Shown piece by piece: positions 27,674 to 35,890 of a stretch of DNA of 49,993 bases. Within the stretch, counting starts at the first letter, position 1. Each line of letters begins with the position of its first letter. The stretch comes from Candidatus Woesebacteria bacterium RIFCSPHIGHO2_01_FULL_39_23. GTDB taxonomy: Bacteria > Patescibacteriota > Microgenomatia > UBA8517. The translations under genes were made by a program, and so were the position numbers. The DNA lies in contig MGGH01000005.1 of NCBI GenBank assembly GCA_001792305.1, positions 1-49,993 on the forward strand, given 5' to 3'. The notes beneath the pieces were generated by a model, which saw only the letters and a list, made by a program, of their open reading frames with translations, was not told the origin of the DNA and did not search any database.

Positions 27674-28196
27674 AAAACAATACTACGTAATAATATCCAC
27701 ATTTTTAGTTGTAATTTTTTTGACTACTATCAACCTCAGGGTATCTCTTCGAAAGGGCCGCGACGCACAAAGAAAGCTGGATGTTAGAAATATTAGTAGA
27801 TTGCTTGAAAATTTCAGAGAAGAATATAGTTATTTTCCCGAGTCAATTGATGGTGGGATAAGGGGCTGTAAAACCGGCAAAATAGATGAACTTGGAGACC
27901 CGATATTTCGAGCTTGTAACTGGGGAAATGATAATTTTGCAGGCGTTCCCCTACCCTCGGATCCACATAGCAACTTAGGTGTAAGTTACTACTATTTATC
28001 AAGCGGAACTCATTACCAAATTTACGCCGCACTCGAGGGAACAACTGAGGCTGAGTACAATCCTCGTATTATCACACGAAATCTTTACTGCGGAAACAAA
28101 ATCTGTAATTTCGGCTTGGGTTATAAAGAAACTCCCCTTGATAAATCGATCGAAGAATATGAAAAAGATATTGAAAAAGTGAATGGTGACTTGTGA
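27657..28196 (+). CDS. Pilin-like protein with non-canonical N-terminus (no G/F cleavage site, no Glu5)
   Basis: GTG start overlaps the pilD end by 17 nt. An N-terminal TM helix is followed by KGRDAQRKLDVRNISRLLENF, which parallels the ARD(A/T)QRKSD... helix of the neighbouring pilins. The YYYLSSGTHYQIYAALE block parallels YYYTSPAGNLTYSVCAALEE of the 28733 pilin. Confidence 0.55.
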   Translation: MFSLSKKQYYVIISTFLVVIFLTTINLRVSLRKGRDAQRKLDVRNISRLLENFREEYSYFPESIDGGIRGCKTGKIDELGDPIFRACNWGNDNFAGVPLPSDPHSNLGVSYYYLSSGTHYQIYAALEGTTEAEYNPRIITRNLYCGNKICNFGLGYKETPLDKSIEEYEKDIEKVNGDL

Positions 28197-28226
28197 CTGG
28201 CGGTTAGTGTATATTAAAAATTAGCG

Positions 28227-28739
28227 ATGTCTCTGCCAGTCACCAAACATCAGTTATCAATTACTAGGTCTGGTTTCACTCTTATTGAATTATTGATTGT
28301 GATTGCTATACTGGGCGTGTTGGGTGCAGCAGTGATGTTTACGTTTCGCGGGGCAAGATCCAGTGCCAGAGACACACAAAGAAAAAGCGACATAAAGCAA
28401 TATCAGACAGCCGTGGAACAGTATGCAAATAGAAATAATAGCCTTTATCCCCTGAGAGACGCAACAAATGTACGCGTTTCTACAACTCTGTGTGCCGATT
28501 TGGGTTTAGCGGTATGTCCTGAGGAGCCACAAAGTGCAAATTTTTATTTTTATCGCTCTGATGGTGGCGTAAGTACAGGAGCAGCAGGTGCAGCAACGTT
28601 TTATTTATGGGTAAGATTGGAAAAGCCCCCTACGCCCGTGACTTATTTTGTGTCTTGTTCTGATGGTAGAGTTGGTTGTACAACAAGTAATCCTACAGGA
28701 TGGACCAATGCTTGTCCGGCGCCATTAACAGCATGTTAG
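28227..28739 (+). CDS. Type IV pilin-like protein
   Basis: Class III signal ...SITRSG/FTLIELLIVIAILGVLG. Cys-rich C-terminus. Confidence 0.85.
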   Translation: MSLPVTKHQLSITRSGFTLIELLIVIAILGVLGAAVMFTFRGARSSARDTQRKSDIKQYQTAVEQYANRNNSLYPLRDATNVRVSTTLCADLGLAVCPEEPQSANFYFYRSDGGVSTGAAGAATFYLWVRLEKPPTPVTYFVSCSDGRVGCTTSNPTGWTNACPAPLTAC

Positions 28740-29197
28740 GAACATACAACGAACAGAAAAGCAGTGCTGGGTTTACCTTGATCGAATTGTTGGTTACGAT
28801 TGCGATAATTGGAATAATAACCGCGATTTCGCTGTTTGCTTTACAAAATGCCAGAATACAGGGAAGAGATGCCCAAAGGAAATCAAACCTGGAGACAATT
28901 AGGTCTGCGGTTGAGTTTTACCGAGCTGATTGCGATACGTATCCTCCTAACATGCCAAACGTTAGTTTACCTTGGACAGCGCCAGCTTTATGTGGTGGCA
29001 ACACTTATATTCAATCCAGGCCGGGTGATCCACAGAACCCAACTAGGCTTTATTATTACACCAGTCCTGCAGGTAACCTTACCTATTCTGTTTGTGCTGC
29101 TCTCGAGGAAGCCCCGGCAATTTGTTCAGGTACAGGCTGTGGGACGAATAACTGCGGGTCTGCTGGTCGCTGTAATTACTGCGTATCTAGCCCCTAG
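28733..29197 (+). CDS. Type IV pilin-like protein
   Basis: I prefer the ATG at 28733 (ATGTTAG overlap with the upstream stop). Signal MLGTYNEQKSSAG/FTLIELLVTIAIIGIIT. Very Cys-rich C-terminus. Confidence 0.85.
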   Translation: MLGTYNEQKSSAGFTLIELLVTIAIIGIITAISLFALQNARIQGRDAQRKSNLETIRSAVEFYRADCDTYPPNMPNVSLPWTAPALCGGNTYIQSRPGDPQNPTRLYYYTSPAGNLTYSVCAALEEAPAICSGTGCGTNNCGSAGRCNYCVSSP

Positions 29198-29216
29198 TGT
29201 GATATATTGAATAATA

Positions 29217-29735
29217 ATGACCAAGCCTGTCCGGGAATCTAAAGGCTTTACAATTGTTGAGATTTTAGTTGTAACAGTAGTTTTGGGAATTATCTTTTTA
29301 GTAGGAACCGCAAGTTACAGAGACTTTTCACGAAGGCAAGTTTTGGAGTCTGCTGTAAGGCAGGTTAGATCGGACTTGAACCTTGCCCGAGAATGGGCAT
29401 CATCTGGTAGGAAACCTGACGACCCATTATGTACTGGGGTAAGCGAGAGTTTGAGCGCTTATATTTTTGAACGAACCGGCGGTGTAGGAAATGGTTGTAT
29501 CGGTGCATGGAGAAATAATTACAGGATTAATGCATCCTGTACTGGGGGTGACGTTTTAGACATAAAAGTGGCAAATTTACCTCAAAGTTTATGCTTAAAT
29601 AACTTTACTGACATTGAGTTTCGAACAAACGCAACCTATACCCCCCATTCAAGCGGCGTTGATATAAGGGTAAATGACTTGGTTACTGGAAGAGAAGTAG
29701 TTATAAGTGTCGATGAATCGGGGGCGATAAGATGA
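29217..29735 (+). CDS. Minor pilin-like protein (GspH/FimT-like position)
   Basis: Signal MTKPVRESKG/FTIVEILVVTVVLG. Confidence 0.8.
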   Translation: MTKPVRESKGFTIVEILVVTVVLGIIFLVGTASYRDFSRRQVLESAVRQVRSDLNLAREWASSGRKPDDPLCTGVSESLSAYIFERTGGVGNGCIGAWRNNYRINASCTGGDVLDIKVANLPQSLCLNNFTDIEFRTNATYTPHSSGVDIRVNDLVTGREVVISVDESGAIR

Positions 29736-30181
29736 AAAAAACTTGTAAAGGCCAATCTTTATTCGAAATAGTTGTTGCAGTGGGTGTTATTGCTCTTATT
29801 ATGGTCGTTGTGGTGTCACTGTCCACCTCTTCTGTAAAAACTTCGACTTTTGCTAGGGATAAGACCGAGGCAAACAAGTTGGCCGGGGAAGCAATTGAGT
29901 GGCTTCGAGGGCAAAGAGACGAAAGCTGGACCACCTTTAATTCGAACACGGATACTTCACCACGCTGCTTTGATAGTCTTGATTGGTCATCGACTGCCAC
30001 TTGTGGTGCTTCGGAATTTATAGTTAACACCCGCTTCTTAAGAGAAGGTAGCTTCACAAAAACCGTAGAGGGTGTTAGTTTAATAATTGACGCGACTATA
30101 ACAATAACATGGACTGAACCTGGAGGCACGCATGATATTGTTGTCACAACTATTTTTGTTCAGGAGGGTGTACAAAATTAA
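29732..30181 (+). CDS. Minor pilin-like protein (PilV-like position)
   Basis: Signal MKKTCKG/QSLFEIVVAVGVIAL with Glu at +5. ATGA overlap with the upstream gene. Confidence 0.7.
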   Translation: MKKTCKGQSLFEIVVAVGVIALIMVVVVSLSTSSVKTSTFARDKTEANKLAGEAIEWLRGQRDESWTTFNSNTDTSPRCFDSLDWSSTATCGASEFIVNTRFLREGSFTKTVEGVSLIIDATITITWTEPGGTHDIVVTTIFVQEGVQN

Positions 30182-30183
30182 TT

Positions 30184-30678
30184 ATGAAACGTGTAAAAAA
30201 GGCTGGATTTACTCTAATTGAAATGCTCGTCGTAATTGGCGTTTTTGCAGTTCTTGCTATAATTGCGACTCAATCTGTAATGCTGTCTGTGCGTGGCACT
30301 CGAAAGGCGGAGGCTACTGGTAAATTGCGTGGGAACTTGGAGTATGCTTTGGGTGTCATGGAAAGAAGATTGCGAATGGCGACAGGTTTTGATTGTTCTG
30401 GAAACCCTGATCAGGTTGACTTCAATGACGAGTTAGACGGAGCCGTTAATTATAGGTGTGACATTACAGGTAATGACGATAACATTTATTACCAAGGGTT
30501 TTCGGGAGGGCTTCTTAATACTGATGAAATTGACTTAACTGCCTGCACAATAACATGTGATGTCCCCATTAATCCTCGAGAAGTAACTGTTACTATAAGT
30601 GCTCAGGAGCAAAACGTGTCAGGAGCCGAAAGTGCAAGAATTGATTTATCGACGAATATAACCTTGCGGAATTTTTGA
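30184..30678 (+). CDS. Minor pilin-like protein (PilW-like position)
   Basis: Signal MKRVKKAG/FTLIEMLVVIGVFAVLA. Confidence 0.8.
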   Translation: MKRVKKAGFTLIEMLVVIGVFAVLAIIATQSVMLSVRGTRKAEATGKLRGNLEYALGVMERRLRMATGFDCSGNPDQVDFNDELDGAVNYRCDITGNDDNIYYQGFSGGLLNTDEIDLTACTITCDVPINPREVTVTISAQEQNVSGAESARIDLSTNITLRNF

Positions 30679-30726
30679 TTTAGCTGTTGAAAGGAATTTC
30701 TTTTTGTTGCTAGAATGGAGAATGCT

Positions 30727-31656
30727 ATGAAAAGAAAACAGGTTTCTGGTCAAGCAATATTATTGGTTGTTTTAACGTTGGCTGTAGTTTTAACTCTTAT
30801 TCTTTCTGTTGTTTCAAGAAGCATAACAGATGTAAAAGTAACTTCTGTAGAAGAAGAGTCTGTTCGAGCTTTTTCAGCTGCAGAAGCCGGGATAGAGAGA
30901 CACTTGACAGATTATTCTTACACGTTTAGCCCTTTTACCATTAATGATGTTGAGGTCACAGGAAATATTACACCAAAATATGAGAATCAAAGTGAAATGA
31001 ACTACCCGGAAAAATTAAAAGAGGGAGAAGTTGCAACAGTTTGGTTTGTTGACCACGATGATAATGGTAATCTTACCTGTGGAGCTGGATCAACATGTTA
31101 TGCTGCTTCAAATGCAAATAATGCCAATTTGAGGTTATGTTGGGGTGAGACTGGAGGCATCGACGCGGCAGCAGAGATAAGTATTTATTACGCTTTTACT
31201 CCAGGTAATTATAGTGATATAAGAGTGGCACGTTACGCCGTGGATTCGAGTGCGGGAAGGAGAGCAATAAACAATTTTAAACCTAACCAGAGAGGATTAG
31301 GTGGCTGTACATCTGTGGGAAGCGAGGGGATTGGTTATAGAAGAAGAGTGACAATAGATTTAGACGACTCGGGATCAGAAAGATTTAACATCCCCGATAA
31401 CGTTATTAGGTCACCAAATGGACTTCTGTTTGCAAGAATACGGTTTTTTTATAATGGTAGCGTCGGCGTACCATTTGGCGTAACTTTGCCTTCAGGTGGG
31501 GGAAACAATGTTTTCGCCTCTCAAGCAAGGCTAATACAGTCTAGTGGCAAGTTCGGTGAGGCTGAAAGAAAGGTAGAAATTACTGCGTTATATCCGGATT
31601 TACCGCCAATATTTGATTATTCGCTGTTTGCATTAGGTGGAGGAGTTAGTCAATGA
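30727..31656 (+). CDS. PilX-like minor pilin or pilus-tip protein
   Basis: I prefer the ATG at 30727 (GGAGA 5 nt upstream); the ORF-track start is 30715. N-terminus KRKQVSG/QAILLVVLTLAVVLTLILSV without Glu5, followed by the EESVRAFSAAEAGIE helix typical of PilX_N. Confidence 0.65.
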   Translation: MKRKQVSGQAILLVVLTLAVVLTLILSVVSRSITDVKVTSVEEESVRAFSAAEAGIERHLTDYSYTFSPFTINDVEVTGNITPKYENQSEMNYPEKLKEGEVATVWFVDHDDNGNLTCGAGSTCYAASNANNANLRLCWGETGGIDAAAEISIYYAFTPGNYSDIRVARYAVDSSAGRRAINNFKPNQRGLGGCTSVGSEGIGYRRRVTIDLDDSGSERFNIPDNVIRSPNGLLFARIRFFYNGSVGVPFGVTLPSGGGNNVFASQARLIQSSGKFGEAERKVEITALYPDLPPIFDYSLFALGGGVSQ

Positions 31657-32669
31657 GTGTAGGAATAGACGTTGGCACAAGGACCATTAAAGTTGTGGAG
31701 CTTAGCAAATCCGGCGATAAATATAAACTAAAAGCATCCGGTGTTATTGGTTATACGGGTGTAGATCCGGATAAATTAAACGATGAAAAAGATTTTGTAC
31801 CTATAGTTGAGGCACTTAAAAAACTTTATAAAGAGGCAAAGATATATGACAAGAAAGTTTCAATATCCCTTCCTGAATTCCAGGTCTTTACCCGAACTGT
31901 AAGTTTGCCTCAACTAACTGATCAGGAAGTGTCTTCTGCTATAAAATGGGAAGCTGAGCAATATGTCCCCATACCTCTTTCGGAGGCTATCCTACAACAC
32001 CAAATTCTGGAGAGGAGAGATAATAACACGCCCCCGGATGTCCTGGTGTTGCTTGTTGCTGCTCAAAAAAGCTTGGTTGAAAAGTATGTGAAGATTGTAA
32101 GTATGGCAGGGCTTAATTGTGTGGGAGTAGAAACTGAGCTTTTGTCTATAGTTAGAAGTCTTGCGCCGTCAGATCAGACAGTTTTGATTGCGGATATCGG
32201 GGCTAAGGGAACTGATCTTGCCATATCGAAAAATGGAATGCTGGTTTTCTCAAGATCGATTCCGACGGCGGGTGATGCTTTTACCAGAGCTGTTGCACAA
32301 TCTCTGGGCATAAATGCTACGCAAGCAGAGCAGTATAAAAGGACTTACGGAATGAGTAAAGATCAGCTTGAGGGTAAGGTAAAACAAGCTCTTGACCCAA
32401 TTGTCAGGATTGTAGGAGAAGAAATTAAAAAAGCCATGCATTTTTATCAGTCTGAAGATAAAGGTGAGTCACCAGGTACATTAATTCTTACAGGTGGTGT
32501 TACCGGAATGCCAGATATAGTGCCTACTTTGAGTAAGATTCTTGGGATAGAAGTAATTATTGGCAATCCTTTTTCCAAAGTTGAAGTGGATCCTAAAATT
32601 GCCCAATCGCTTCAAGGGTATTACCCTTTATATCCTGTTGCCGTCGGACTTGCACTAAGAGGTGATTAA
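31653..32669 (+). CDS. pilM: Type IV pilus assembly protein PilM (actin-like ATPase fold)
   Basis: GIDVGTRTIKVVEL phosphate-1-like motif. 338 aa. Position upstream of pilN/pilO. Confidence 0.88.
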   Translation: MSVGIDVGTRTIKVVELSKSGDKYKLKASGVIGYTGVDPDKLNDEKDFVPIVEALKKLYKEAKIYDKKVSISLPEFQVFTRTVSLPQLTDQEVSSAIKWEAEQYVPIPLSEAILQHQILERRDNNTPPDVLVLLVAAQKSLVEKYVKIVSMAGLNCVGVETELLSIVRSLAPSDQTVLIADIGAKGTDLAISKNGMLVFSRSIPTAGDAFTRAVAQSLGINATQAEQYKRTYGMSKDQLEGKVKQALDPIVRIVGEEIKKAMHFYQSEDKGESPGTLILTGGVTGMPDIVPTLSKILGIEVIIGNPFSKVEVDPKIAQSLQGYYPLYPVAVGLALRGD

Positions 32670-32670
32670 A

Positions 32671-33198
32671 ATGCCCCAGAATATAAACCTTCTACCCCAA
32701 TCACGAACTTTAAATACTCAAGTTGCATTGACAGCAACAAGATTAACAAGACTGACAATTGTGGTATTCATTTCATTTTTAATTTTCGGAGGATTAAGTA
32801 TAGGATTTCTATTTTTAGGCACAAATGATCTCCAAAAAGTTCAAGAGCAAAATGACAATTTGAAATTGAATATTAAATCTCTACAAGAAGCTGAACAAAA
32901 TCTTATTCTTGTGCGTGACAGGGTGGGAAAGATAAAAACAATAATTTCAGAGAGAAGTTTTGAAGATAAGCTTGCCAAAATTCAAAATCTAATGAAAAGA
33001 TTGCCCGTTGGACAGGAGCCAAAAACCTTGGAGATTGATATTACTAGGTCGAGAGTAAGTTTAAATTTTGAAACATCAGAAAGTTTGGCAAATTTCCTGA
33101 GAGTATTAATCGAGAATGATGATTACGGTCAGATTGAGCTTAATACATTGCAATTTGATATAAATGGTGAATATGAAGTAGAGCTTGTATTGGTTTAA
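32671..33198 (+). CDS. pilN: PilN-like pilus assembly protein
   Basis: I prefer the ATG at 32671 (AGAGGTGA SD 5 nt upstream). The N-terminal INLLP motif, a single TM helix and a coiled coil are present. Confidence 0.75.
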   Translation: MPQNINLLPQSRTLNTQVALTATRLTRLTIVVFISFLIFGGLSIGFLFLGTNDLQKVQEQNDNLKLNIKSLQEAEQNLILVRDRVGKIKTIISERSFEDKLAKIQNLMKRLPVGQEPKTLEIDITRSRVSLNFETSESLANFLRVLIENDDYGQIELNTLQFDINGEYEVELVLV

Positions 33199-33200
33199 AA

Positions 33201-33926
33201 ATGAGAAAACAGTTTCCTAGTCTAAAATTTCCTTCAGGCACTACTTCAACAATGGAAGACTTAAAAATTGTATCCCTCCCTTTATTTGCTTTACTTGGAG
33301 TGTTACTCTTTGTGGGTATCATGGCAAGTACTTTGTTTAATAAAGTAAATGAAGTTCGTGATAGACTTCAAAAAATCACCATAGATAATAATACTCTAAA
33401 ACAGAAAATTGAAATCTTACAACAAAAAAATGAAGAGAGCTTTACCAGTGATAACAAATTAACCTGGGCATTACCAGAAAAAAGTAGCAGCGTATACGTA
33501 ATTTCGCAAATAAAAAAGAAAGCTGCGGATAACCTAATTATAATTTCGGAAATAACAATTTCTGAACCAAGAATCCAGGGAGAACTATCGCAGAGTACGG
33601 TAACAACGAAAATAGAAGGTAAATTAGATTCAATTTTTGCCTTTTTGGAGTCACTTTACGAAGTTACCCCACTGATTAAAGTTAACAATATCCAAACAGA
33701 AGAAGAAGATATGGCAGGGTCTGATTTGGTCAGAATGTCGGTTGAACTTACAAGTTATTACTCACCTTATCCGATAAACATACCTGCGCTTAGCCAACCT
33801 TTGAATTCCCTTTCAGCTCAAGAGGAAGAGGTAGTAAGAGATATCTCCAACCTTGAATCTCCAATTATTCCTCAAAAATTGGACCCCCAAACTCCAATTG
33901 AAAGAGTTGACCCTTTTAGTCTTTAA
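33201..33926 (+). CDS. pilO: PilO-like pilus assembly protein
   Basis: Single TM helix, a coiled coil (RLQKITIDNNTLKQKIEILQQKNEE) and a C-terminal alpha/beta domain. The call is made mainly from position after pilM-pilN. Confidence 0.6.
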   Translation: MRKQFPSLKFPSGTTSTMEDLKIVSLPLFALLGVLLFVGIMASTLFNKVNEVRDRLQKITIDNNTLKQKIEILQQKNEESFTSDNKLTWALPEKSSSVYVISQIKKKAADNLIIISEITISEPRIQGELSQSTVTTKIEGKLDSIFAFLESLYEVTPLIKVNNIQTEEEDMAGSDLVRMSVELTSYYSPYPINIPALSQPLNSLSAQEEEVVRDISNLESPIIPQKLDPQTPIERVDPFSL

Positions 33927-34153
33927 AGTTTGTCAACCTCAACGCTTACAGATTTGTTTTCAATAATTGCCCTTGCCTTAGCTAGATTTCTGATAGCTTT
34001 TATTGTTTTTCCTTCTTTCCCAATAATGATTCCGAATAATTTGGGGTCGATACGTATTGTATAAATATATTTTGACTCCTCTGTTGTTTCATCAATAGAA
34101 AAGTCTTTGCTTGATGTTATTCCCTCGACAATGTATGTAAGTAAATCTTTCAA
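33923..34153 (-). CDS. KH-domain RNA-binding protein (YlqC/UPF0109-like)
   Basis: GIIIGKEGKTIKAIRNLAKA GXXG-type KH motif. Located downstream of rpsP as in many bacteria. 4-nt convergent overlap with pilO. Confidence 0.85.
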   Translation of the reverse strand: MKDLLTYIVEGITSSKDFSIDETTEESKYIYTIRIDPKLFGIIIGKEGKTIKAIRNLAKARAIIENKSVSVEVDKL

Positions 34154-34377
34154 TTTTTGGCCTCCAACAGCCTTTTAACAGCCGGAGTTACTTCGGCTCC
34201 TTTTTTTTGCCAAGCCAAAATTGAATTTTTGTTAATTTTAATTAAATTCGGTCTGGGGTGCCAGAAACCCAAGACTTCTACGACGCTACCTTTGGGTTTT
34301 GTAGAATCTTCGGCGACCACAACTCTATATACCGGATCGTTTCTTTTTCCAATTCTTGTCAATCTAATTTTTAGCAT
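34150..34377 (-). CDS. rpsP: 30S ribosomal protein S16
   Basis: MLKIRLTRIGKRNDPVYRVVVAE... is the canonical S16 N-terminus. Confidence 0.95.
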   Translation of the reverse strand: MLKIRLTRIGKRNDPVYRVVVAEDSTKPKGSVVEVLGFWHPRPNLIKINKNSILAWQKKGAEVTPAVKRLLEAKN

Positions 34378-34391
34378 AATTGTTCTTAAGT

Positions 34392-35066
34392 TTAGCTTTT
34401 GTGATTAAATTTTACAAGCGCATGCTCGGCAGCAACTTGCTCCGCTTGTGATTTACTTTTGCCCTCCCCTGTCGCAATTGACTTTCCTTTGACATTCACT
34501 GATACTAGGAAATTTTTATCGTGATCCGGTCCGCTCTCAAGCACGACTTCATATACTGGAGCCGGTAACCCTTGTGCCTGGATAATTTCCTGAAGGCTGC
34601 TTTTTGCGTCTTTTAAAGGCCGCAAAAGAATTTCGTTAATGTCAGACAAAAGCTGTTCTTCTATAAAATTTCGAGTAGTGGCTAGCCCACTATCAATGTA
34701 GATCGCACCTAGTAGCGCTTCGACGGTATCAGCAAGTAGTGACTTGTTCTTTCTTCCTCCACCAGCTTCCTCGCCTTTAGATAAAAAAAGCTCGTCTCCA
34801 AGGTCTAGTCTTTCGGCAAATTTAGACAGATTTTCGGTATTGACTAAGTTTGCTCGAAGTGTTGTCAGAAACCCTTCTTCTTTGTCTGGAAGTAAGTGGT
34901 AAAGATAAGAGGACACAACAAATTCCAGAACAGCGTCGCCCAAAAATTCAAGGCGTTCATTACTTTCACGGCTTTTACCGTTCTCATTCAACCACGATCG
35001 ATGTGTCATTGCCTGATCAAATAGCCTTTTGTTTTTAAATATTTTTTTAATTTCGCCTAAATTCAT
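34392..35066 (-). CDS. rnc: Ribonuclease III
   Basis: NERLEFLGDAVLEF signature plus a C-terminal dsRBD (GPDHDKNF...GEGKSKSQAEQVAA). Confidence 0.95.
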   Translation of the reverse strand: MNLGEIKKIFKNKRLFDQAMTHRSWLNENGKSRESNERLEFLGDAVLEFVVSSYLYHLLPDKEEGFLTTLRANLVNTENLSKFAERLDLGDELFLSKGEEAGGGRKNKSLLADTVEALLGAIYIDSGLATTRNFIEEQLLSDINEILLRPLKDAKSSLQEIIQAQGLPAPVYEVVLESGPDHDKNFLVSVNVKGKSIATGEGKSKSQAEQVAAEHALVKFNHKS

Positions 35067-35069
35067 ACA

Positions 35070-35312
35070 CTAAAATTCTTCTAAAGAGGATAGCTCTTCA
35101 ATAATTTTACCAACGCTATCGTCGTGGGACACTTCAATGTTTTCGGTAAACTTTCCCACTTCTGTTAATTTTTCCAAAAACTCGGTAATATCAGATGCAG
35201 ACATATGTAGATCTTCAGATAATGAATCTTCCAGGTTAATGTCCTCCGGTTCTAGTCCTAAAAATTCGGCCAGTGTTTTTTTGACTAAACTTTCAGTTTG
35301 ATTGTTTTGCAT
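35070..35312 (-). CDS. Acyl-carrier-protein-like protein with degenerate phosphopantetheine site
   Basis: 80 aa and acidic. It aligns by eye with ACP (VKKTLAEFLGLEPEDI...EDLHMSASDITEFLEKL versus EDLGADSLDTVELVMAL). The DSL Ser position reads S-A-S. Position is upstream of rnc, as acpP/acpA is in Firmicutes. Confidence 0.6.
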   Translation of the reverse strand: MQNNQTESLVKKTLAEFLGLEPEDINLEDSLSEDLHMSASDITEFLEKLTEVGKFTENIEVSHDDSVGKIIEELSSLEEF

Positions 35313-35658
35313 CTTGATTCTTTAATATAGTGCCTAGTACACCGTTAATAAACGATGGCGAAGATTCGCCGCCATATTCCTTTGAGAGCTCTACTGCTTC
35401 GTCTATTATAACTTTAACAGGAGCAGTATTTTTGTTTATCTCATAAATAGCTAAGCGAAGAACTGCCAGGTCAATCTTATTTAGTCGTGCAAGTGGCCAT
35501 TGAGGGGCGGCATTTTGGATGAGTTGGTCAATCTGCTCTGTGTTTTTCAAAATGTCTTTTGTGGCAAGAGATGCCGATTGACTAAAAAATGAATTTGCAA
35601 ACAGCTCTTTTATAATTTTCCTTCTCTTTTCATGTCTTGGATCTTGTGCTGATTTCAT
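35293..35658 (-). CDS. nusB: Transcription antitermination factor NusB (short)
   Basis: 121 aa. RHEKRRKIIKELF at the N-terminus and LAVLRLAIYEI...IIDEAVELSKEYGGESSPSFINGVLG are present. Confidence 0.85.
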   Translation of the reverse strand: MKSAQDPRHEKRRKIIKELFANSFFSQSASLATKDILKNTEQIDQLIQNAAPQWPLARLNKIDLAVLRLAIYEINKNTAPVKVIIDEAVELSKEYGGESSPSFINGVLGTILKNQDAKQSN

Positions 35659-35707
35659 GATTTAAAGGTTACAAGATTACAGGGTAAGAGTGAATAGTCA
35701 AAAAAAT

Positions 35708-35869
35708 TTATTTTTTGTAATATCCGCAATTGGGGCATGCTGTATGAGGAAATCTTAACTTACCACATTTAACACAGGCAGACATATTTGGAACAGTTAC
35801 ACGAAAGTTCTTACTCCTTCGCCTATTGCTTCTGCCTCTTGTGTGTTTTTTCTTAGGTACGGGTGTCAC
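35708..35869 (-). CDS. rpmF: 50S ribosomal protein L32 (not in the ORF track; 53 aa, GTG start)
   Basis: Minus-strand translation is VTPVPKKKHTRGRSNRRRSKNFRVTVPNMSACVKCGKLRFPHTACPNCGYYKK. It has the L32 N-terminal PKKK-x-S/T-x-RR pattern and a CxxC...CxxC zinc knuckle. Confidence 0.88.
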   Translation of the reverse strand: MTPVPKKKHTRGRSNRRRSKNFRVTVPNMSACVKCGKLRFPHTACPNCGYYKK

Positions 35870-35890
35870 GTTTATATTTTAGCTTAAGCG

